A stretch of 64,000 bases of DNA from Hadesarchaea archaeon (lineage in GTDB: Archaea; Hadarchaeota; Hadarchaeia; Hadarchaeales; Hadarchaeaceae): the NCBI GenBank assembly GCA_029259175.1, contig JAPDJH010000004.1, positions 1-64,000 on the forward strand, read 5' to 3'. Under the pieces are notes generated by a model. It saw only the letters and a list, made by a program, of their open reading frames with translations. It made no database searches and had not been told where the DNA came from. Each line of letters begins with the position of its first letter. Position 1 is the stretch's first letter. Of the stretch, positions 18,456 through 27,314 are shown piece after piece. The position numbers and the translations under genes were made by a program.

Positions 18456-18944
18456 TTAGAACTCCCGAGATATGTAGACCTGCCCCGAGCGAGCCACCTC
18501 TCTGAGGACCTCGGGGCCCAGCGAGCGCAGCAGGCGCTCGATCTGGTCGTGCTCGCCCGAAATCTCGGCAATTATCGCCCCCTCCCTCGAATCGATTATC
18601 TTGCCTCCGGCGCGCTCGATCTGTTCCACTATCCGCCAGTGCTGGTCAGGGGGGAGGGGATTCGTTTTTATCAGCGCCACCTCCCGAACCACGCTGTCCT
18701 CCGGCTCTATCACCTCAACGGCCTCGATCGGCTCGAGCTTCAACAAGATGTGCCGCAACAGCTCGGTGTGCTTGTCATCGGCTTTGAACATCAGGATTAT
18801 GCGAGCAAGTCCCGATGGCTCGATCCCCACCGTAATGGAATCGATGTTTATCTGTCTGCGTGTGAACACGCGCGTTATGCGCATCATCACGCCCGGAGCG
18901 TTCTGACAGAGGATCGAGAATATCCGATTCTTCACCTCCACCAC
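18456..18944 (-). CDS. ilvH: Acetolactate synthase small (regulatory) subunit
   Basis: NAPGVMMRITRVFTRRQINIDSITVG ACT domain, REVALIK, EVARSG. Confidence 0.93.
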   Translation of the reverse strand: MVEVKNRIFSILCQNAPGVMMRITRVFTRRQINIDSITVGIEPSGLARIILMFKADDKHTELLRHILLKLEPIEAVEVIEPEDSVVREVALIKTNPLPPDQHWRIVEQIERAGGKIIDSREGAIIAEISGEHDQIERLLRSLGPEVLREVARSGQVYISREF

Positions 18945-18945
18945 C

Positions 18946-20628
18946 TCACGTCAGGATCGGTTCGTCCAGCCTCCCGCCAGCTGGCACCATGGGCAGGACG
19001 TGTTCGTCCGGATCCACCACTATGTCCAGAACGGCCGGCTTACCGCTTTCCATCGCCTCCCGAAGCTTGGGACCTATCTCGCTTGGCTTTGACGCCCGAT
19101 CTCCCCACGCACCGTATGCCTGAGCAAGCTTGGCGAAGTCGGGTGTCTTCCCCAGATAGGTCTGCGATCTGCGCTTCCCGAAGAAAAGATCCTGCCACTG
19201 CTTGACCATGCCCAGATAGCTGTTGTTGAAGATGCACACAACAACCGGGATGTCGTTTTCGACCGCCGTGGCCAGCTCCTGCGAGTTCATCAGAAAGCTG
19301 CCATCGCCTGCGATGTCGATCACCGGATGATCTGGACAGGCAACCTTTGCCCCGATGGCCGCTGGAAAACCAAAGCCCATCGTGCCCAGACCGCCCGAGC
19401 TTATGAAGTGCCTGGGACGCCTGACCCGATAGAAGTGGGCGGCCCACATCTGACACTGCCCCACCTCCGTTGTTATGATGGCATCCGGGCCTGCAACCTC
19501 CATTATTTCCTTTATTGCGCGCTGGGGTTTGATCGGGACATCGTCGTAGTCCATCCGGGGAGCCAGATTGCGACGCAGGGAGTTCACGCGCTCCAGCCAC
19601 TCACTGGTTCTCCCCTTCCGCAGGTGCTGCTTCAGCGCTTCGATTATGGCTCGGAGAGCCCGCTTGGCATCCGCAACAATGGCGTGATCCACACGAACGT
19701 TCTTCCCGATCTCCGCGGCGTCTATGTCGATGTGGACCACCTTGGCGCGGGGGGCAAAATGGTGCACGTCTCCCGTGGCACGATCGCTGAATCGGACCCC
19801 CACCGCGAAGAGCAGATCGCATTCAGTGACTGCCAGATTGGCCACCATCCGGCCGTGCATTCCGAGCATGCCCAAGGCCAGCGGGTGATCCTCGGGTATT
19901 GCCCCCTTCCCCAGCAGCGAAGTGGTGACCGGGGCCTGCAAAAGCTCCGCCAGCTCGATCAGCTCGGGAGAGGCCCCCGACCATATCACGCCGCCGCCCG
20001 CATAGATCACCGGCTGCCGGGCGTGTACGAGCAACTCCACCGCGCGCGTCACTTCGGACGGGGTGGGATCCAGCTTGAGCGGCTTGCGGTACTCCACCTT
20101 GGCCGGGATTTCCAGCTCGGCTTTCGACAGCTGGACATCCTTCGGCAAATCTATGTGGACCGGGCCGGGACGACCGGTCGTAGCAATCGCGAAAGCCATT
20201 CGGAAGACCTCGGGCAGCTCCTCTATGCGGTGAACTATGAAGTTGTGCTTGGTGATGGGAAGCATCAGACTCAGCATGTCCGCTTCCTGAAAGGCGTCCG
20301 TGCCGATGGCCGTGGTGCTGACCTGCCCCGAGATCGCGATCACCGGAGAGCTATCCATGTAGGCGTTGAGAATGCCCGTCACGAGATTGGTCGCGCCGGG
20401 GCCCGACGTTGTCATGCACACGCCCGGGCGGCCGGACGCGCGGGCATAACCGTCTGCAGCGTGGGCGGCGGCCTGCTCGTGCCGGGTCAAAATGTGAGTG
20501 ATCTCCGTTTCGCCGTAGAGGGCATCGTAGGTGGAAATGATGGCCCCGCCTGGAATCCCGAACACGTGCTTGACCCCTTCAGCCTTCAAACACTCCCACA
20601 CGGCTTTGGCTCCAGTCATTTCGGCCAT
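18946..20628 (-). CDS. ilvB: Acetolactate synthase large subunit
   Basis: FGIPGG, RHEQAAAHAADGYARASG, SGGLGTMGFG, GDGSF...NN ThDP motif. Confidence 0.97.
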   Translation of the reverse strand: MAEMTGAKAVWECLKAEGVKHVFGIPGGAIISTYDALYGETEITHILTRHEQAAAHAADGYARASGRPGVCMTTSGPGATNLVTGILNAYMDSSPVIAISGQVSTTAIGTDAFQEADMLSLMLPITKHNFIVHRIEELPEVFRMAFAIATTGRPGPVHIDLPKDVQLSKAELEIPAKVEYRKPLKLDPTPSEVTRAVELLVHARQPVIYAGGGVIWSGASPELIELAELLQAPVTTSLLGKGAIPEDHPLALGMLGMHGRMVANLAVTECDLLFAVGVRFSDRATGDVHHFAPRAKVVHIDIDAAEIGKNVRVDHAIVADAKRALRAIIEALKQHLRKGRTSEWLERVNSLRRNLAPRMDYDDVPIKPQRAIKEIMEVAGPDAIITTEVGQCQMWAAHFYRVRRPRHFISSGGLGTMGFGFPAAIGAKVACPDHPVIDIAGDGSFLMNSQELATAVENDIPVVVCIFNNSYLGMVKQWQDLFFGKRRSQTYLGKTPDFAKLAQAYGAWGDRASKPSEIGPKLREAMESGKPAVLDIVVDPDEHVLPMVPAGGRLDEPILT

Positions 20629-20673
20629 GCGACCCCAAAAGGTATTGACAAGATGGTTAAAAAATGAGCGGAG

Positions 20674-21009
20674 TTAGATAACTGGCGGTTGCGGATATCC
20701 CGGAGCAAACCTCACCGGGGGCTTGAACGAGGGAGAAACGATCACGCCATTGGTCTGGATAAAGCCCCGCCCGAAGCGCAGGAAGGCGCCAGGGTTTTCC
20801 ACCACTTCGAACGGCCACAACAGAACTTCTCCCAAAACCTCGACTTCCAGATATTTTCGCCTGCTGCCCGGAGAGACCTCCATCCCTAATCTTTGGAGTA
20901 GCTCGCTGGACACCTGCTCGGACTCTGCATCGGTGTCAAACTCGGCCTCCACTTTCTTCCACTTGCCTGTCCCCGACTTTACCTTCACTTTCCACCTGAC
21001 GCGAGCCAT
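20674..21009 (-). CDS. Hypothetical protein, degenerate retropepsin-like fold
   Basis: AEFDTDA and FGRGFI resemble the ALxDTGA and LGRDFL motifs. Confidence 0.5.
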   Translation of the reverse strand: MARVRWKVKVKSGTGKWKKVEAEFDTDAESEQVSSELLQRLGMEVSPGSRRKYLEVEVLGEVLLWPFEVVENPGAFLRFGRGFIQTNGVIVSPSFKPPVRFAPGYPQPPVI

Positions 21010-21719
21010 CACGACCCCACTCTCGCGGAAAACGTGAACCGATACCGCCTGCGCCCGTCCTTGGTCTGCCCGACGAGCTTCCTGCTCTGTTTGATAGAGA
21101 GCCCATTCCTTCTCAAAAACGTTGCCAGCTTTCGAGCCAGTCTGAGGGAGCTGGTGTAGAGATCCCAGCCGTTTTTGACCCTATCCACTTTGACAACAAA
21201 ATCGCGCGAGGTCCGCTCGCTCTCGGCCTGCGCGAGCACGCGATCGAGCACTCTCCTCACGTCCCTCTCCCCCCGGAGCTGGATTATGGCCTCGTAGTGC
21301 CCGCCGTGGAGGAGAGAACAATCGGGACACGTCTGCTCCACCACTCTCAGCTCCACGGTCTTGCGCTCTTCAAATACTGGTGCTCCCGCCGAGTGCCTAG
21401 CAATGAGGGTGACGATTCCCCTCCTCAGATCGGGTATGACCTCGAGAGAGAAATGGGAGGAAGAAATGGATCTCGGTGTTTTCCCATCGATTGTGGGATT
21501 GAGCTTGACTTGGCGCGAAATCTCGCGGATCAGAGCCGCTCGGTCTCTTGACCACCGCCCCCCAGATCTCACAGCGCCACACACCCTGCACGCAGTCACA
21601 ACTATCCTCGAGGGAACTTCCAAAACCCGCAACCGCTGGGAAAGACAGCGGGGACACAATCCCTCCACCAAGCGAGCAGTTGCTTTCTCGACCGCGCCAC
21701 ATCCATAGCAGAACTTCAT
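21009..21719 (-). CDS. nmd3: NMD3-family protein
   Basis: Four CxxC pairs, CPDCS..GGHYEAIIQLR, GWDLY, KLVGQ. Confidence 0.88.
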   Translation of the reverse strand: MKFCYGCGAVEKATARLVEGLCPRCLSQRLRVLEVPSRIVVTACRVCGAVRSGGRWSRDRAALIREISRQVKLNPTIDGKTPRSISSSHFSLEVIPDLRRGIVTLIARHSAGAPVFEERKTVELRVVEQTCPDCSLLHGGHYEAIIQLRGERDVRRVLDRVLAQAESERTSRDFVVKVDRVKNGWDLYTSSLRLARKLATFLRRNGLSIKQSRKLVGQTKDGRRRYRFTFSARVGS

Positions 21720-21825
21720 GGCCCCAGAGAAAATCGGTGAACTGGAGTTTAAACCGTTGGTTTCGGTGCCAGGGGAGAGACGGTAGGATTAAAATCGAGC
21801 ATAACTCAATCATCACGGTGAAAAC

Positions 21826-23712
21826 TTGCGTCTGCTGCTGATCCATGCGGACTACTTGGAATTCGAAGTGAAACAGCCGACCGCAGTGGCTGAGGAGATC
21901 CCCAAGGAAAAACAGAAGGGGAGATTCGAAGAAGCCCTGGTGGTGTTCACGGCCGTCGAGGAGACGGATGAACAAAACGAAGACCAAGTGGTGCAACAAG
22001 CTGCTGCGGAAATAAAGAAACTCGTCGAACAAATCAAGGCCGAACGTGTGGTGCTGTATCCCTATGCCCACCTCAGCCCTTCGCTGGCTTCCCCGAGCGC
22101 TGCGGTGCGAGTCCTGGACAAGCTGCGTGAAGCCGTCCGCGATTTCGGTCTCGAGGTGTACCGCCTCCCCTTCGGATGGTATAAGGGATTCAAGCTCAGC
22201 TGTAAGGGGCATCCCCTGAGCGAGCTCTCCAAACACATCACCGGAGAGAGAGTCGAAGGAACAGCTGCCCTGCGAGAGGAAGAGCGAGTAAGCTCAACCT
22301 GGTACGTAATGGAGCCCGATGGAAGCATGCACGAACTGAAGCTGGAAGGGGAGGAAGTCAAGGGATACGATTTCACGGGGAAGGAAAACCTCAGGGTGTT
22401 CGCGCTTCACGAAATGGCTAGGCGGAGAGAGGCCGTGGGCGAGCCGCCCCACGTGGATCTCATGCGCAGACTCGAGCTGGTGGACTACGAGCCGGGGAGC
22501 GACTCCGGAAACTTCAAATTCTATCCAAAGGGGAGGTTGCTCAAACGCCTGCTCGAGCGATGGGTGGGGATGCGCGTGGCAGAGTACGGGGCGATGGAGG
22601 TGGAGACCCCCATCATGTACGATTACCACCACCCGGCGCTCAAGGACTATCTGGAGCGATTCCCCGCCAGACAGTACACGCTCAAGTCCGGCAAACGCAA
22701 GTTCTTCCTGCGCTTCTCCGCGTGCTTCGGTCAGTTCTTGCTTCTCTCGGCCTCTACCATTTCCTATCGCCAGCTCCCGCTCCGGATGTACGAGCTCACG
22801 CGGTACTCGTTCAGGCTCGAGCAGAGCGGGGAGCTCTCTGGTCTCCGGAGGTTGCGATCCTTCACCATGCCCGATATGCACACCCTGTGCCGGGACATCG
22901 AACAAGCGAAGGAGGAGTTCAGGCGTCAGTTCGAGCTCAGTATGCGCTGTCTGAGCGAGCTCGGATTTACTACCGATGACTACGAGACGGGGATACGGAT
23001 GACGCAAGAGTTCCTGGAAAACCATCGAGATTTCGTGGAGGGGCTCGTGCGACTCGTTGGAAAACCGGTTTTGTTGGAGGTGTGGAACCGCCGGTACGCC
23101 TACTTCGATCCAAAGTTCGAGTTCAACTTTGTGGACGCGATCGGGAAGGCCTCGGCGCTGTCCACGGTGCAGATGGATCACGAAAACGCCGATCGCTACG
23201 GCATATTCTACGTTGATGAGCACAACCAGCGCAGGCATCCAATCATTCTGCACTGTTCTCCGACGGGGAGCATCGAGCGCGTGGTTTACGCCATGCTCGA
23301 GCGTGCGTATAAGGAGCAGCAACGCGGAAGGGTTCCGGAGCTGCCACTGTGGCTCGCACCCACGCAAGTGCGCATAATCCCGCTGGCGGACCGGCATCTA
23401 GAGTTCTGCGAAAAGCTGGCGGACGAGCTCGAGCGCGCGCGGATCAGAGTGGACGTGGACGACCGCGCGGAAACGGTCGCGAAGAAGGTGCGCGAGGCCG
23501 AGCGGGAGTGGGTGCCGTACATAGTCGTGGTCGGAGATCAAGAAGTCCAGAGCGGTGTCCTCCAAGTCCGGGTGAGGAGCTCGCGAGACATCCGGAAGCT
23601 CGGCATAGACGGGTTGAAGCGCGAAATCCGGGAAAAGGTCGAGAATCTGCCGTACGAGCCCCTTTCTCTTCCACGCCGGTTATCCGCGCGTCCCGTGTTC
23701 GTGGAGGCGTGA
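21826..23712 (+). CDS. thrS: Threonyl-tRNA synthetase (archaeal type)
   Basis: MRLLLIH, YPYAHLS, FGWYK...CKGHPLSELS editing domain; RFSACFG; HCSPTGSIER. Confidence 0.97.
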   Translation: MRLLLIHADYLEFEVKQPTAVAEEIPKEKQKGRFEEALVVFTAVEETDEQNEDQVVQQAAAEIKKLVEQIKAERVVLYPYAHLSPSLASPSAAVRVLDKLREAVRDFGLEVYRLPFGWYKGFKLSCKGHPLSELSKHITGERVEGTAALREEERVSSTWYVMEPDGSMHELKLEGEEVKGYDFTGKENLRVFALHEMARRREAVGEPPHVDLMRRLELVDYEPGSDSGNFKFYPKGRLLKRLLERWVGMRVAEYGAMEVETPIMYDYHHPALKDYLERFPARQYTLKSGKRKFFLRFSACFGQFLLLSASTISYRQLPLRMYELTRYSFRLEQSGELSGLRRLRSFTMPDMHTLCRDIEQAKEEFRRQFELSMRCLSELGFTTDDYETGIRMTQEFLENHRDFVEGLVRLVGKPVLLEVWNRRYAYFDPKFEFNFVDAIGKASALSTVQMDHENADRYGIFYVDEHNQRRHPIILHCSPTGSIERVVYAMLERAYKEQQRGRVPELPLWLAPTQVRIIPLADRHLEFCEKLADELERARIRVDVDDRAETVAKKVREAEREWVPYIVVVGDQEVQSGVLQVRVRSSRDIRKLGIDGLKREIREKVENLPYEPLSLPRRLSARPVFVEA

Positions 23713-23713
23713 A

Positions 23714-24850
23714 ATGAAATCGCCGGCCTTGCGGGCCGTGGTGATGCTCGGAATCGTGAGCCTGCTGGGTGACATCATATACGAGGGATCCAGGGGGCTC
23801 ATTCCGGAATATCTGAGATTCCTCGGTGCCTCTGCACTCGTAGTCGGGACAGTGATGGGGGCGGGTGAGCTAGTAAGCTATGCCGTACGATTGGCGAGCG
23901 GGGTGCTGGCAGACACCACCAGGCGTTACTGGGGACTGACGTTCTTGGGCTACGGGTTGATCATAGGGATTCCGCTGCTGGCCCTCGCCCACAGCTGGCA
24001 GCTGGCGTTGGCGTTCATATTGGTGGAGAGGCTGGGGAAAGCCATACGAACCCCTGCCAGAGACGTTATTCTGGCTGCAGCATCGCGAGGGGTCGGAAAA
24101 GGAAAGGCATTCGGAATACACGAATTCATGGATCAGCTGGGAGCGGTGACTGGGCCTCTGATCGTTGCCGGGCTGGTGTGGGGGACCGGAAGCGATTTCT
24201 CGCTGGTCTTCGGAGCTCTGCTCGTGCCCTATCTGGTGATGCTGGCCTCGTTGATCAGAGCCAAGCGGAACATTGGAGAAATCGGATGGGAGAGAAAAGA
24301 AAGAAAAGCGAAAGTTGGTGCCGGAGCGTTTGTCACCTATACGGCGGCCGTGGGGCTCAACACGCTTGGTCTGATTCCGGCTGCACTCATCTTATACAAG
24401 ACAGCGGGAATGGTTGCTGCCGCTTGGATCGTTCCACTCGTCTATGCCCTCATCCAGATCGTTGATGCTCCCGTGGCGCTCCTGGCGGGGTACGCATACG
24501 ACCGGGTCGGGAGACGTATGCTCCTGCTCCCATTTGCGCTCGCCGTTGTGCCGTCTGTTCTAGTACTTGCCTCTGAAAGCATCGGGGTGATTCTGGTGGC
24601 GGCAATGGTGTTTGGTGCAGTGCTCGGGATGCAGGAGTCCATATATCGGGCGGCCGTGGCAGAGCTGGTACCGGCGGAGAAACGCGGGCGTGCTTACGGG
24701 GTGTTCCACACCGTGTATGGTGTGGCCCTGCTGGGAGCGGGAGCGATGTTTGGGTGGATGCTGGACGCGGGTGCCGGGCTGGCGGTCGGACTGCCCTATG
24801 TGTGCGGGGTTCAGATCACGGCGATTCTGTTGCTCGTTAGGACTCTATGA
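23714..24850 (+). CDS. MFS transporter
   Basis: SGVLADTT, ERLGKAIRTPARD, GYAYDRVGRR, RGRAYG; about 12 TM. Confidence 0.9.
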   Translation: MKSPALRAVVMLGIVSLLGDIIYEGSRGLIPEYLRFLGASALVVGTVMGAGELVSYAVRLASGVLADTTRRYWGLTFLGYGLIIGIPLLALAHSWQLALAFILVERLGKAIRTPARDVILAAASRGVGKGKAFGIHEFMDQLGAVTGPLIVAGLVWGTGSDFSLVFGALLVPYLVMLASLIRAKRNIGEIGWERKERKAKVGAGAFVTYTAAVGLNTLGLIPAALILYKTAGMVAAAWIVPLVYALIQIVDAPVALLAGYAYDRVGRRMLLLPFALAVVPSVLVLASESIGVILVAAMVFGAVLGMQESIYRAAVAELVPAEKRGRAYGVFHTVYGVALLGAGAMFGWMLDAGAGLAVGLPYVCGVQITAILLLVRTL

Positions 24851-25125
24851 CGTTTCTCTGACTTGACGTTCATCGGGAGCCCGCGCGAGATCGAGGCGGC
24901 CATGCGCTCCAGACGTGCCTGCTTGACCACCCTGCGCTTGAATGCCAAGTAGAACCCGAGCGAAGCTCCCAGCGAGATCATGACGACTACGGCGAAAACC
25001 GCTGAAAGCTCTGAGAGGCCGAGACCGGAGGGGATCACCGAGACCCACAGGACGGCGACCATCGCAGCGGAAACTGCTAGGGTTATCCCTACTATGGCTA
25101 GGAGTTCGGCCGTGCTTGCGCGCAC
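24811..25125 (-). CDS. Small 2-TM membrane protein
   Basis: Two hydrophobic helices; downstream of 25139-26221 on the same strand. Confidence 0.5.
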   Translation of the reverse strand: MRASTAELLAIVGITLAVSAAMVAVLWVSVIPSGLGLSELSAVFAVVVMISLGASLGFYLAFKRRVVKQARLERMAASISRGLPMNVKSEKRHRVLTSNRIAVI

Positions 25126-25138
25126 CTCGAGCCCCTCC

Positions 25139-26221
25139 TCAGTAGCGGCGGAGAACGATCTGTCGGGTCGCGGCGATGCTTATCAAAGCTGCAACTATGG
25201 CGGCGGCGAGCACCGTGAGCCACGGGATCACTTGTACCAGACCGATCGCTCCGAGCACTCCGATCTTCGGGTCGTGGACAATGCTGGTTCCGCGCTCATA
25301 GATCAAGTAGAGCTCCCGGTCGCCCTCCTCGACGTCATGGATGAGCTCGGTGGACAGAACCGGACGCTCAACACCATCTACGAGGGCCGTGTCCTTCCAA
25401 GAGAAGAAGCCGCCGAAACCACCGGACTTGATCTCGATCTCTGTTTCCCGTTCGAACTCCTTGGATTTCACCTCCTCCTCGATTTCGCGTTCGCTTTTCA
25501 GCTCGGTCTTCAGCGCGAGCTTAGAGTCAGTCCGAGTGTACGGGAAGTTGTTGATCTCCACGGTGATCTTGGCCTCGTTGGGAGTTATGTTTTCACCGTC
25601 GAGAGTCACCGGCTGGCCAGAAGAATAGAGAATCGCCTTGAAAACACCGTCCGTGGTCTGAACGGTGATCTTGTGCACTTGAACTCCGTTCACGTTTTCC
25701 ACAGTGTACTGCAGGGGTGCGAAGCTCGCATGTTTCAGGTCGTAGGTGTAGACGGCTTCTCCGGGATCGTATACGCCGTCGTTGTCGTTGTCGACGAATT
25801 CTACAATGGAGTCGAACTCGGCTTCAAATTCGAGTTCGATTTCACGCTCGATCTCCACGTTGTCCGCGAGCTCGAACTCCGTGGAGAACTCCAGCCGGAA
25901 CTCGACGCCCTCGTCCGTATCCACCCGCAGCTTGATCTCGTCTTCTATTCGACCGGGTTCGGTTTCGCTGTAATTCTTGGCTTTGATTTCAACGCGGTCC
26001 GTCTCGACTTTGATCTCGATTTCTCGCTCTTCCTTTTCGATATCGTGTTCTTCGTCGACCTCATGTTCGATGTCAGAAGTTTCCTTGGGAGCGGGTGTTT
26101 GGTTTTCAGCGATGTCGGGGAGTTCGTCGGGTTCCTCCTTGCCCAGCGTCGGGACGGGGGCGAACGCTGTTGTCAGGAGTACGGCGCACAGGACCCATGC
26201 GACCACTTTTGCCGTTTTCAT
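25139..26221 (-). CDS. Acidic secreted protein with C-terminal membrane anchor
   Basis: Signal peptide, Glu-rich segments, DNDNDGVYD Ca-binding-like loop, IVHDPKIG, C-terminal TM. Confidence 0.8.
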   Translation of the reverse strand: MKTAKVVAWVLCAVLLTTAFAPVPTLGKEEPDELPDIAENQTPAPKETSDIEHEVDEEHDIEKEEREIEIKVETDRVEIKAKNYSETEPGRIEDEIKLRVDTDEGVEFRLEFSTEFELADNVEIEREIELEFEAEFDSIVEFVDNDNDGVYDPGEAVYTYDLKHASFAPLQYTVENVNGVQVHKITVQTTDGVFKAILYSSGQPVTLDGENITPNEAKITVEINNFPYTRTDSKLALKTELKSEREIEEEVKSKEFERETEIEIKSGGFGGFFSWKDTALVDGVERPVLSTELIHDVEEGDRELYLIYERGTSIVHDPKIGVLGAIGLVQVIPWLTVLAAAIVAALISIAATRQIVLRRY

Positions 26222-26437
26222 TTTTTACCACCTCCGAGAGGCAAGTATGACCAAAAGGGAGATATAAAAAATCTCGGACAAATTTTCATCGAGCTGGCAA
26301 AATACAAGTGTTTATCGTTCAGATCTAGAAAAAGGGGCGAAAAATCGTTCAGAAACTTGCACGAAGTCAAAGGAGAGTGGAAAAACAACAAATCCCAAGA
26401 AATTTAAGAAATCGCGATATCAGGGTTTTAGGGACTC

Positions 26438-26878
26438 ATGAAGCTTGTCGAAGTGCTCTCAGTTATTCTGATAGCGCTCATAGTGGCCATTTTGAGCGGA
26501 GTGGTTCTGTTCGGTGTGCTGGGCATTGCGCCAGACATCGAGCCGAGCATGATCGCGTTTGCTATGCTAGTGATGATGGCGATCACCGTAGGATCAACCC
26601 TAGTCTTCTACGTGGCGTTCACACGGTACGCCGCAGAACGGGCGGTACGCGTAGCGATGCTGGCGCTGAGCGAGGACGAGCGAGCGGTGCTCCAGAAGCT
26701 CATGGAGTTCGGAGGTGAGGTTCGCCAGGAGGATCTGTGGCGAAAGCTACGGGATCGGTACTCCAAGTCTAAGCTGAGCGCGCTCGTCATCAACTTGGAG
26801 CGGAAACACGTGCTCACGCGGCAACGGTAGTATCGGACAAACTTGCTAAGGTTGACTCCTGAGTTTAGGAGGAAATGA
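26438..26878 (+). pseudogene. Membrane-anchored winged-HTH regulator interrupted by in-frame TAG at 26828-26830
   Basis: 2 TM + LSEDERAVL...VRQEDL...SKSKLSALVINLERK; the frame continues after TAG as YRTNLLRLTPEFRRK-TGA, completing the wing. Confidence 0.6.
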
Positions 26879-27085
26879 CAAAGGTTTGTCATCGGAACGC
26901 AGGGGCACCACGAGCGCCCGCCCTCCGTTAGAATTGACGAGTTCGGCGAGCGCGCGGCACTGCTCAGGATTCTCCAGCTTCCACACGGACTGCTGGATCT
27001 GCTCGGCTCTGCACTGGTGGAGCTTTCGATTGAGCCTCAGCGCATTGTTTGTCCCGCAGATATCGTACACCAGCAGGTACGGCAT
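26846..27085 (-). CDS. Stand-alone Cas2-like small protein B
   Basis: MPYLLVYDI (canonical Cas2 start), LNRKL, QIQQSVW; GGGAG upstream of the ATG. Confidence 0.75.
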   Translation of the reverse strand: MPYLLVYDICGTNNALRLNRKLHQCRAEQIQQSVWKLENPEQCRALAELVNSNGGRALVVPLRSDDKPLSFPPKLRSQP

Positions 27086-27300
27086 CTCCCACGATCGCTT
27101 TGCGCTGAAGGTTGCTTATAAAGGAACAATAGAGCGGATGCTGGAATGACAAAGGTTTGTCACTCACTAAGCCACACTCCCACGATAAAGGTTTGTCAAA
27201 GACCGGCTGTGACAAAGGTTTGTCATCCGCTAGAAAAGTCAAGCTCTCATGACAAAGGTTTGTCAAAGCTCAGACACCAGTTGCGACAAAGGTTTGTCAT
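26875..27300. repeat. Array B: six copies of 16-bp palindrome TGACAAAGGTTTGTCA
   Basis: Copies at 26876-26891, 27147-27162, 27183-27198 (CGATAAA variant), 27210-27225, 27250-27265, 27284-27299 (first base C); spacers 20, 11, 24, 18 bp. Confidence 0.95.
27106..27122. promoter_or_regulatory. TATA motif between Cas2-like gene B and its repeat cluster
   Basis: TGAAGGTTGCTTATAAA; 20 bp from the gene start on -, 24 bp from the first repeat on +. Confidence 0.6.
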
Positions 27301-27314
27301 CCGTCAACGGGCAG

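Noticed and set aside
19327-20667. Long antisense ORFs (also 24980-26407, 27249-28358, 22294-23397, 33837-34826)
   Set aside because: Shadows of well-supported genes on the opposite strand in GC-rich DNA
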